This document shows positions 46,760-54,504 of a stretch of DNA of 64,000 nt, piece after piece. The translations under genes were made by a program, and so were the position numbers. The notes below the pieces were generated by a model. That model was not told the origin of the DNA, did no database searches, and was given only the letters and a program-made list of their open reading frames with translations. Position 1 is the stretch's first letter; each line of letters opens with the position of its first letter. This DNA is from Candidatus Poribacteria bacterium (lineage in GTDB: Bacteria; Poribacteria; WGA-4E; WGA-3G), in the NCBI GenBank assembly GCA_007571305.1, contig RKRR01000149.1, positions 4,631-68,630 of the forward strand, in the 5' to 3' direction.

Positions 46760-47974
46760 TTAGGCATCAAACTGGTGTCGGCTCTGATGACACGCTGTGC
46801 CTTTACCTCTAATCATATCCGCGTGCTGCCACGTATCAACAGTCCCGCAAATAGCATCACTCTCACCGAAACGTTGTTTTAGTTCAGATTTTGTGAACCA
46901 TTCATAACCGTTATTGGCGAGGACATCAAGGTCTAAGTCTCCATCAGAGAAGCCGTAGACTCGACAGATCCCATCTTCCTCTTCAATATCCTCAATATAC
47001 GACATCCAAGAGACATCTAAACCGAGTTGTGTTTGGATGATATCTTGAAGTGAACCGATCCGTGCGCCGATATCCCAACCAACGAGGTTCTCTTCCTCCC
47101 AACCTTCACCTCCTGGCAACTCCCCACGTTCTGTTTCCGTATCGCGGCGGAGCAAGAATCTCGATTCCTGACCTGATGAATCCTCAATAAGCAGACGTGT
47201 CGTTGCAATCGGCTTGTCAAAACAGACAGGAATGAGACGCTTTCCATCGTCACTCAATGCGTCCAATGCGGTGGAATTGTAAGGATAATATCCCGCGGCG
47301 GGAGGCGCGTCTATTGCACAATATTTATTGAAAATCCCGCATCGGTCTTCAGTGGCAGTACCAGGGGGTGCTTCGTGCCAGACGTGCTCGTTGACGACAA
47401 GCAGATCCCCTGCCTTGAGTTCTGGATCAATGAAAGGGGGCAATTGTTCAGGATCAGGACGCGTGAGGTCTAAGATGTGTGCGTCCGGATCAATCACCTG
47501 CGTCAACTTGTGTGATTTCGGAGACACGAGAAAAGGACCGTATTCCGCATCAAAATCAGTCAGTGGGATGATGGCAAATACCCAGTTCATCGATGAACCC
47601 ACAGGTCTCCAACGTTTGTAGTCGCAATGCGCTCTACCTCCTTTATCGCCTGGAGTCCGAAGATACGCAACATAGGCAGTGAGATGTGCGGGTCGATCGA
47701 GTACAGATTCCACGACCCCGATAACCGTCGGATGTTCAGCAATCTCGGTAAGTCCGGGATCGGACAGACGGTTGCCGCTCACCGTATATTTCGCTGGCTC
47801 AGGATATTTAAGCGTCGACGGATAGGCATCGCGTTTTACCTGTTCTTGGACGACACTTCGAAGTTCATCCGCTTCCTTCACGGACAAGGCATTGCGCACG
47901 ATTACGTAGCCATCCTCATGGTAGTCGGCGATCTGCTGCTCGCTGAGGGTTGAGGTTATTGTACTGTCCATCAT
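46760..47974 (-). CDS. PhyH-family dioxygenase with a C-terminal extension of about 130 aa
   Basis: LSEQQIADYHEDGYVIVRNAL..., ...AHCDYKRW... (HxD) and ...LVVNEHVWHEAP.... The C-terminal part (ELPGGEGWEEE...) is only vaguely Nudix-like and lacks the REuxEE box. Confidence 0.6.
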   Translation of the reverse strand: MMDSTITSTLSEQQIADYHEDGYVIVRNALSVKEADELRSVVQEQVKRDAYPSTLKYPEPAKYTVSGNRLSDPGLTEIAEHPTVIGVVESVLDRPAHLTAYVAYLRTPGDKGGRAHCDYKRWRPVGSSMNWVFAIIPLTDFDAEYGPFLVSPKSHKLTQVIDPDAHILDLTRPDPEQLPPFIDPELKAGDLLVVNEHVWHEAPPGTATEDRCGIFNKYCAIDAPPAAGYYPYNSTALDALSDDGKRLIPVCFDKPIATTRLLIEDSSGQESRFLLRRDTETERGELPGGEGWEEENLVGWDIGARIGSLQDIIQTQLGLDVSWMSYIEDIEEEDGICRVYGFSDGDLDLDVLANNGYEWFTKSELKQRFGESDAICGTVDTWQHADMIRGKGTACHQSRHQFDA

Positions 47975-48003
47975 GCAAACTCCTCCACTTTTTACACGAA
48001 GCT

Positions 48004-48555
48004 TTAACTCACAAATTTCTCCAAAATAGGATGATCCAAAACGGATGCGACTTCTGTCCAGGCCTGTTGGCTATTCTCAACTGAAAGGTCTGGGGTGAAT
48101 CCGAAATCAAGATAAACTTTGATCGCTGCCATACGTCCGGTTGACGTACCGAGAAAACAGCATTCGTGGGATTGCTTCAGACGCTCCATCGCTACGGTCA
48201 TCATCGGTTTGGAAAGCCCATGTCCTTGATAGTCAGGATGAATCACGACCCAGTGGATCTGGCCCCACACTTCTCCATCTATATCTTGCCACCATGCCGT
48301 GATTGTGCCTATTTCCTCACCTGTGTCTGTCGTTAGGTAAAAACTTCTATTCTCCATTACTGAAAGATGGTGTTTAAACTCGCGATCAAAAAGTCCGTCG
48401 TCAATGTCAATGTAAGGTTCTGCGGCTTTCAGAATCCGCGTCCAGATATGTCCCTCATTCTGACGATAATTTCGGATTGCAAATCCGTCTGGAATCGGGA
48501 ATTGCGGGATATTCTCCATGTTCTCGCGAATCATTCTGACGCTATAGTTCTTCAT
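48004..48555 (-). CDS. GNAT-family N-acetyltransferase
   Basis: ...IHWVVIHPDYQGHGLSKPMMTVAMERL... is the acetyl-CoA-binding motif A (Q/RxxGxG/A). Confidence 0.8.
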   Translation of the reverse strand: MKNYSVRMIRENMENIPQFPIPDGFAIRNYRQNEGHIWTRILKAAEPYIDIDDGLFDREFKHHLSVMENRSFYLTTDTGEEIGTITAWWQDIDGEVWGQIHWVVIHPDYQGHGLSKPMMTVAMERLKQSHECCFLGTSTGRMAAIKVYLDFGFTPDLSVENSQQAWTEVASVLDHPILEKFVS

Positions 48556-48796
48556 ATTGGGCGTGAGGCTGCGGAAATTGAAGTTCAGAAAATTCGATTT
48601 TCACTTAGCACAATATAACACACGTTAAAAAAAAGGACAAAGGTATTTTGAAAGGAGCGTAAATATTTTGTCACTTGTCTGAATCGTGGATTAGACAGAT
48701 GATGCGGATTTTTAGATATTTGTTATCCGAAATCGATTCGGGATCTGGTGGTTTTCCCAGAGAATTGAAGGGATCCGACTTTTAACACAGAAGGAC

Positions 48797-48825
48797 TTGA
48801 CATTATAAAAAAAATAAGATATACT
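48797..48825 (+). promoter_or_regulatory. near-consensus sigma70 promoter of the two-gene cassette
   Basis: TTGACA (48797-802), exactly 17 nt of A/T-rich spacer, TATACT (48820-25). It lies about 50 nt upstream of the first gene. Confidence 0.6.
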
Positions 48826-48877
48826 TTATATTTGTTAATATTTATTATATCCAGATATGTATCCCAGGGGAGTGTCT

Positions 48878-49804
48878 ATGCTTATTCGTCAGAAGGTTAT
48901 ATTGTCATTAATTGACCAAATGGGTAATCAAAGCCCTAGTGGTAATCACGGAAAGGTCTCTCGTTTACAGTTGGTTAAATGGGCATTTTTGCTTGAAAAC
49001 GAAAGAAAAATGAAAACCTTTTACCAATTCGTCCCCTATCACTATGGACCATTTTCGTTCACACTTTATCATGAATTAGAGGGGCTGATTCGGAACAGTT
49101 ATATTATAGAGTCCCCTAAAGATAGCATTCAACGAAACATTGATATTGCAGTACCTCCAATCACCCCTGTACTTAAAAATGAAATTAATGATTTTTCAAG
49201 AAAGTACCACTCGCTATCAATGGAAGAGTTAATAGATTTTGTATATTCTCGTTATCCATGGTTTACAATTAATGCTAAAAAGTTAGGCAGCCGAAAAGAC
49301 AAGCGCCCTATAGGTGAATGCGCTGTTTATACAGCTGGCTACGAAGGTTTACATATTGATGGGTTTCTGAATATTCTCTTAAAAGCAGGTATTCAGCAAG
49401 TCATTGATGTTCGATGCAATCCAGTCTCAAGGCGTTACGGTTTCCATAAATCCACATTGTCACGGCTATGCAAAGGATTGGAAATCAAATATAGACATGT
49501 GCCCGAAGTGGGCATTCCCTCAGAATCGAGAGCCAACCTTCGCCAACCATCTGATTATATCAAACTTTTCCAAAACTACAAAAAGAAAGTATTAACTGTT
49601 CAACAAGAGGTTATAAAAAGGATATCGAGGTGGGTAGCATCCCAACCATCAGTCTTAGTATGTATGGAGGCAGATCCTCATTGCTGTCACCGTTCTCACC
49701 TTGCAGAGGAAATCAAAAACCTTACGAAACTTGATATCCATCACTTAAGGAAAGATACATGCAAACAGCCTATACCAAAACCAAAATTCTCATTACCGTC
49801 ATGA
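48878..49804 (+). CDS. fusion protein: Panacea/DUF4065 (SocA/GepA)-like N-terminal domain + DUF488 C-terminal domain
   Basis: The ATG at 48878 follows GGGGAG with a 5-nt spacing; the listed ORF starts at 48857. N-terminal half: SRLQLVKWAFLLE...FVPYHYGPFSFTLYHEL...SLSMEELIDFVYSRYPWF. C-terminal half: VYTAGYEGLHIDGFLNILLKAGIQQVIDVRCNPVSRRYGFHK..L...GI.Y.HVPE.G...VLVCMEADPHCCHRSHLA, which is the DUF488 hallmark. Confidence 0.65.
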   Translation: MLIRQKVILSLIDQMGNQSPSGNHGKVSRLQLVKWAFLLENERKMKTFYQFVPYHYGPFSFTLYHELEGLIRNSYIIESPKDSIQRNIDIAVPPITPVLKNEINDFSRKYHSLSMEELIDFVYSRYPWFTINAKKLGSRKDKRPIGECAVYTAGYEGLHIDGFLNILLKAGIQQVIDVRCNPVSRRYGFHKSTLSRLCKGLEIKYRHVPEVGIPSESRANLRQPSDYIKLFQNYKKKVLTVQQEVIKRISRWVASQPSVLVCMEADPHCCHRSHLAEEIKNLTKLDIHHLRKDTCKQPIPKPKFSLPS

Positions 49805-50583
49805 CATATCCACATCCATCACAAGAGTATCAAGAATTAGTCTGTACGGCAGGCGTTACTGAAGATGGAAAATGGGTACGTCTTTATCCAATAGATTACC
49901 GTTATCGTCCATCTCATCAAAAATTTCGGAAATATCAGTGGATTGAGGTAGAACTTGCTGAGCAGGGATCAGAAAACGATCAAAGGAAAGAAAGTCACAG
50001 GCCTTCCCTCGATGCCATAAGGCTCCTGGGCGAACCATTGAAGCCCAAAAACAATTGGCAAGATCGGCGTAAAATTATAGATAAACTGCCTCTGCACACG
50101 GTAAAAGAATTAAAAGATCTCTACGATGAAGATAAAACTTCCCTTGGTGTTGTTCGTCCAACCCGCGTACTTGATTTGAAAATTGAAGAATTAGATCCAG
50201 ATTGGAAGCCTGCACAGCAGCAAGCACTTAGTCAGTTAAAACTCTTTGATCCACAACCCAAACACCTAGCTAAGATTCCTTTCAAATTTAGTTACGTTTT
50301 TGAATGTGAGGATAGCAGTAAGCCACACAATGCAATGATTACAGATTGGGAACTTGGCGTATTGTACCTGAAGGAAGTTGATCGATTGGGAAGTAAACAG
50401 CAAGCTGCTGAAAGTGTAAAAAATAAATTTCTTAATGAACTCTGCCATCCGAGTAAGGATACTCTATTTTTTATGGGAACGGCATTCCCTTACAATACAT
50501 GGATTGTAATTGGAGTTTTCTGGCCACCTAAAGCACTTCCAAAAACCTCGCCAGAAAACTTACAGGTAGAAATCGATTTCTGA
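49759..50583 (+). CDS. hypothetical protein, no recognisable family (partner of the Panacea-DUF488 gene)
   Basis: 274-aa ORF overlapping the upstream gene by 46 nt. The alternative ATG at 49801 forms an ATGA overlap with the upstream stop. Conserved-looking N-terminus KILITVMTYPHPSQEYQELVCTAGVTEDGKWVRLYPIDYRY and a later FKFSYVFECEDSSKPHNAMITDWELGVLY. Confidence 0.6.
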   Translation: MQTAYTKTKILITVMTYPHPSQEYQELVCTAGVTEDGKWVRLYPIDYRYRPSHQKFRKYQWIEVELAEQGSENDQRKESHRPSLDAIRLLGEPLKPKNNWQDRRKIIDKLPLHTVKELKDLYDEDKTSLGVVRPTRVLDLKIEELDPDWKPAQQQALSQLKLFDPQPKHLAKIPFKFSYVFECEDSSKPHNAMITDWELGVLYLKEVDRLGSKQQAAESVKNKFLNELCHPSKDTLFFMGTAFPYNTWIVIGVFWPPKALPKTSPENLQVEIDF

Positions 50584-50756
50584 TAGGTGCGATTTAGTCT
50601 AAAATTTCTACTAATACGCTAACTGTTGCGAAAACTTGGCATTATCAGAATTTGTGATAGCATGTACCGTGTTTTGGAGCAATTTACTTATGCCTACAGA
50701 AAATAAATATCATTTTTCTAGACAATAAGTAGTTTTCGGATAGGTTAAATTGGAGT

Positions 50757-52991
50757 TCACGATATTTTGCTCAAAAGTTGGTCGAATTTTTGCTGGCTTT
50801 GCTTTACCCGTAACCTCAGATTTTCCAGACGTTTTTGCTCCTGAAATATATCGGACAATTCCTCTGGACTCGGCCTTGGAATTAGCACATTTAGAATTTG
50901 TTGTTTCGTAAAATTTTCGCGCCCGACCAAATCTGTAGGAATAAGTTGTCTTGGAAACTCTCTACGGAGTGCTTTTATTAGATATTCAGGTGGAACTCTA
51001 TCCTCTCGAATTGTGGCTACGATTTGTGAAGTACAGATATATTCACGATTTGCTATTCCAAACAAGCCATTTCCATTGTTTGTATGTAGCGTGCCGATAA
51101 TTAAATCCCCCTCATTTGCTATTACTTTCTCCGCGTTAATATTTCTTCCTAAACGCAAATTTCCTTTTACACAAATGAGATTAGATTGACTGTTAAGCCC
51201 TGGTTCTGCATACAAGCTATCAGGATTAAGCATAGATTTGCTGTTTTTGATCGTAATGAGTTCCTCTAATTTCCAAACATTTTCGGGTGTTCCAAACATT
51301 TGTTGAAATTCAAGGAAACTTCCACCACTACGATACTGCATTCTAACTGCGTTAGGTGCTTCATATACCCGGTTTTCTGATATGTATTCTAACAGATCAC
51401 ACATATCATTTTCACGGACAGGTTCTCGCTTTTTATCTTGTGACATGCCATCAGATTTTAAATGAATATATGTGAATTCGTCGGTTTGCTGCACATGTAC
51501 ATTATCAATAATGATAATTGCAGTCTGAGCAGTGGTATAAAAAACGAAAGTCTTGCTAGGCAATCGTATACATGCACGTATCCTACCTTTTCTTGCGATA
51601 TAATCTCTAATATGTTTATAGTCAGGTGAATGACAGAATGTAAGCGGGAGAATGATGGCTGCTTTCCCGCCTCTCTTTAGAGATTCAATACATTTGACAA
51701 CACAGAGACTATTGTAATCTGTTATCTGTATTCCACTTGCCTGAAGGAACGGAAGAATTTGTTGACGGTTAATCGTGCCTTTCAGATTGAATGGGATATT
51801 TGTGATAACTTTGTCGTATGCATGCTGTTCTAAAGTATCAAAACTATCTGCCTGCTGTATATTACTTTGCCCATCTCCCAAAATTATCATATTCATTTTG
51901 GCAAGACTGGAAGCACCACCACTAATATCGTTTCCATACAGGATTTCGTTCTGTAATTCGTGCAACTTGTCCTTGAAATCTGGTTTTTCAGAATCAAGTC
52001 CCATTCTTATGTGCTGATACATAGAGATAAGCATTCCACCAGTTCCACAAAAAGGATCAAGAATTTTTTCACCCGTTTGTGGTGCCAACAAAGCAGCCAT
52101 CATAGCGGTAATATGGCGCGGTGTGAAATGTTGACCAAGTTCGCTTTTCGCACCTGCGTTATATTCAGCAAGAAAATACTCAAAAGCTTCGCCTTTTATG
52201 TCTATTGCAGAATTTGTGAAATTAATCGGTGTGAGGCTTGAAATGATCTGCTCAAGAGTAGACGGATTATTCAGTTGTGTTGCCGAGAAAATATCACCGT
52301 AAGTGTCTCGGTAGTTTTGGTGAATATCTTTGTATTCACTTATCAAATTCTGTCCAGTGATAGACAAAAGACGCTGCCAATTTTCACGAGCAGATATATT
52401 TCCTCTTTCACTCATAATTTTAATAAAAAGTAACGCACAGAATTCTCTAAGTCGTTCCATTCCTGCATCCATGCCATCAGATCGCATAAAACCCGATACT
52501 TTTTCAAACAACTTTATGATATTTTTAACACTGTTAATCGCTTGCCCTTGTGCAGCTGCTGGAGCAGCTACTAATTCACACATAAGAGTAGGCGAAGGAA
52601 TATAGTCAATAGGGTAGTTATTGAGGGATAATTCGCTTCCATCGGCATGTTGAGAGCGAACTTGTATGCTATCTGAAGCAAATACTAACATAGGCGGCTC
52701 ATCACTATCACAAGCGATCCTTGCATAGTCAAGTGCTTGCTTAAGAGCATCGTCCAATTTGATGCCTTGAAATCGTTTTGCCTCTAAAAACGCCATGGGT
52801 GTTGCAGAATTCGGTGCATAGAAATGGTAGTCAGGGACTTTACCCGCCCGATTCAGCCGTTCACGCATTATAATGTTACGAACATCATGTTCATAGCCAA
52901 CGGATGGATCAGAAATCTGATAGTTATATGTTTTAAACCCAGCGGATTCAATCATTGCATTTATACGAACTCGTGCGTATGCTTCATTCAT
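50757..52991 (-). CDS. single-chain type IIG-like restriction-modification enzyme (PD-(D/E)xK nuclease + N6-adenine methyltransferase + HsdS-like target-recognition domain)
   Basis: N-terminus HsdR_N/Mrr-like (RVRINAMIESAGF...VPDYHFY...AFLEAKR). Methylase motif I ILDPFCGTGGMLI, preceded by GQHFTPRHI. Motif IV VITNIPFN. The C-terminal roughly 230 aa look like one HsdS half (WKLEELITIKNSKS...GDLIIGT...) and end in a coiled coil (EQKRLENLRLRVKQSQQKFDQLLSKI). Confidence 0.75.
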   Translation of the reverse strand: MNEAYARVRINAMIESAGFKTYNYQISDPSVGYEHDVRNIIMRERLNRAGKVPDYHFYAPNSATPMAFLEAKRFQGIKLDDALKQALDYARIACDSDEPPMLVFASDSIQVRSQHADGSELSLNNYPIDYIPSPTLMCELVAAPAAAQGQAINSVKNIIKLFEKVSGFMRSDGMDAGMERLREFCALLFIKIMSERGNISARENWQRLLSITGQNLISEYKDIHQNYRDTYGDIFSATQLNNPSTLEQIISSLTPINFTNSAIDIKGEAFEYFLAEYNAGAKSELGQHFTPRHITAMMAALLAPQTGEKILDPFCGTGGMLISMYQHIRMGLDSEKPDFKDKLHELQNEILYGNDISGGASSLAKMNMIILGDGQSNIQQADSFDTLEQHAYDKVITNIPFNLKGTINRQQILPFLQASGIQITDYNSLCVVKCIESLKRGGKAAIILPLTFCHSPDYKHIRDYIARKGRIRACIRLPSKTFVFYTTAQTAIIIIDNVHVQQTDEFTYIHLKSDGMSQDKKREPVRENDMCDLLEYISENRVYEAPNAVRMQYRSGGSFLEFQQMFGTPENVWKLEELITIKNSKSMLNPDSLYAEPGLNSQSNLICVKGNLRLGRNINAEKVIANEGDLIIGTLHTNNGNGLFGIANREYICTSQIVATIREDRVPPEYLIKALRREFPRQLIPTDLVGRENFTKQQILNVLIPRPSPEELSDIFQEQKRLENLRLRVKQSQQKFDQLLSKIS

Positions 52992-53101
52992 TAACCACTC
53001 CTTATTGGCATACTCTCAATTACTATTTCAATTTTTAAGTACAGTAGCACCCCTCTCATTTAGCCCACAAGTTTATCAGGACTAATAGGCACCTGAACAA
53101 G

Positions 53102-53141
53102 AACACAAAAAGCCTGCAACGCGTACAAAGCGCGTGCAGGC
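53102..53141 (-). terminator. rho-independent terminator (minus strand) between miaA and the R-M gene
   Basis: Minus-strand stem gcctgcacgcg / cgcgttgcaggc (one bulged base), 7-nt loop, followed by tttttgtgtt. Confidence 0.6.
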
Positions 53142-53212
53142 GAAACACAGCAGCACGGACGAAATTGCTAAGGCTGCATTGTGAAGTAAACCTACTTAAT
53201 ATGTGTTGAGTA

Positions 53213-53222
53213 GGGGGGGGGG
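53213..53222. repeat. homopolymeric G10 (C10 on minus strand) tract
   Basis: Ten consecutive G, 222 nt upstream of the R-M gene start, in an otherwise mixed-composition spacer. Confidence 0.9.
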
Positions 53223-53353
53223 AATCGCGATTAGCAGAGAGATAACAGCACTGAAACGCCAAGCGTGTCCAACTGTTTCAAACGCGTGTTGGTTAAAAAC
53301 GGTGTTAAATGTGTCTACAGCTCGGTCCTTCATAGTTGTAGTTTATCTCGCCG

Positions 53354-53430
53354 ATTGTAGCATAGCCTGTTAGGCTGTGCTTCTGCGCCGCAAACGAATA
53401 CGTTTACGATGCAAAACATAGGAACCTCAT
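53354..53430 (-). repeat. intergenic repeat fragment with a compensated variant of the hairpin core
   Basis: gtagcatagcctgttaggctgtgc at 53357-53380. The two differences from consensus (aacct>agcct and aggtt>aggct) keep the stem complementary. Confidence 0.7.
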
Positions 53431-53574
53431 AGTTAAAATCGTGTCCGTAACAACTATAGCATAACAAATTTTTCAAAAAATGTCAAGGAAAACCTAGAAC
53501 TATTTGCGGCAGTTATTGGCGAGGTTCGAACTTCGCCTATTGGAGGCGGTTTGGATCCCGTTGGGCCTTGGAAA

Positions 53575-54504
53575 TCATATCTGCTGATGAAGATCCAGTC
53601 GTTCTAAAAGGGTTGTAACAACGTCCGGTGTTGTCTCCGTATCTATCCATTCAATGCGTGTATCTTTGCGGAACCATGTTAACTGCCGCTTGGAAAAACG
53701 CCGGGTGTTCTGTTTCAATTGCGATATCGCTTCCGTATACGTGCAGTCCCCATCCAGATACGCAATCAACTCCCTATAACCGAAACTTTGGAGCGCGACC
53801 GAAGCACGCGGATACCCCGCTGCTAATAAAGATTCAACCTCCACTATCAATCCATTGGCAAGCATCACGTCTACGCGTTGTTCGATACGACGGTAGAGCA
53901 GCGCACGCGGCATCGTCAGTCCGAAGGCAACGAACGGATACCGCTGTTTTTCCGGATGCCATTGCTGCTGGAGTTCAGACATCGGCGTGCCTGTCAACTC
54001 ATAGACCTCTAAAGCACGGATGACGCGGACGACGTTGTTGGGATGGATTCGCTCGGCAGATTCTGGGTCACAGATTTGGAGTCGCTTATGGAGCGCATCA
54101 ACGCCAAACCGTGTCGATTCCGTTTCAAGTCGCTTTCGGAGTGCGGGATCTGCTCCGGGCCCCTCAAACAAACCGTCAACGATGGCTCGAAAGTAGAGAC
54201 CTGCACCACCAACAAGCAGCACCTGCTTGCCTCTGTTTTGGATGTCGGCAATCGCTGCGTCTGCAAGGGACTGATAGTCGGCAACGGAAAAGGGTTGGGA
54301 AATATCAACGCAGTCTATGAGGTGATGCCGTGCGGACTGCTGTTCTTCAGCGGTGGGTTTAGCAGTGCCAATCTCCATCTGTCGATAGATTTGGCGGGAA
54401 TCGACGGAGATAATCTCGGCATCGAGGCACTGTGCAAGTTGAATTGCTATCTCTGTTTTGCCAACTGCTGTGGGACCGAGAAGGCAAAGGAGTCTCGTTT
54501 TCAT
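53575..54504 (-). CDS. miaA: tRNA dimethylallyltransferase
   Basis: LLGPTAVGKTEIAIQLA P-loop, ...EIISVDSRQIYRQMEIGTAKP..., ...HHLID.... The start overlaps the mnmA stop (TAATG). Confidence 0.9.
   Translation of the reverse strand: MKTRLLCLLGPTAVGKTEIAIQLAQCLDAEIISVDSRQIYRQMEIGTAKPTAEEQQSARHHLIDCVDISQPFSVADYQSLADAAIADIQNRGKQVLLVGGAGLYFRAIVDGLFEGPGADPALRKRLETESTRFGVDALHKRLQICDPESAERIHPNNVVRVIRALEVYELTGTPMSELQQQWHPEKQRYPFVAFGLTMPRALLYRRIEQRVDVMLANGLIVEVESLLAAGYPRASVALQSFGYRELIAYLDGDCTYTEAISQLKQNTRRFSKRQLTWFRKDTRIEWIDTETTPDVVTTLLERLDLHQQI

Noticed and set aside
53056-53262. 68-aa ORF upstream of the R-M gene as a possible controller (C) protein.
   Set aside because: The translation is Cys/Leu/Phe-rich with no helix-turn-helix pattern. 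It spans the G10 tract and the terminator hairpin, so it is most likely non-coding.
6625-53380. The nine copies of the 24-nt core as a possible CRISPR array.
   Set aside because: The copies are dispersed over 47 kb in both orientations, one per intergenic region. They are not regularly spaced with unique spacers, and no cas genes are present.
53500-53540. GGTTCGAAC sequence (ggcgaggttcgaacttcgcc) that looks like a tRNA T-arm.
   Set aside because: The hairpin has a 10-nt loop. I could not build an acceptor stem, D-arm or anticodon arm from the surrounding sequence, so it is not a tRNA.
48556-53575. Prophage or integrative element interpretation of the AT-rich patch.
   Set aside because: It has no integrase, recombinase, phage structural or conjugation genes, no adjacent tRNA, and no clear flanking direct repeats. 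It is better described as a small defence islet.
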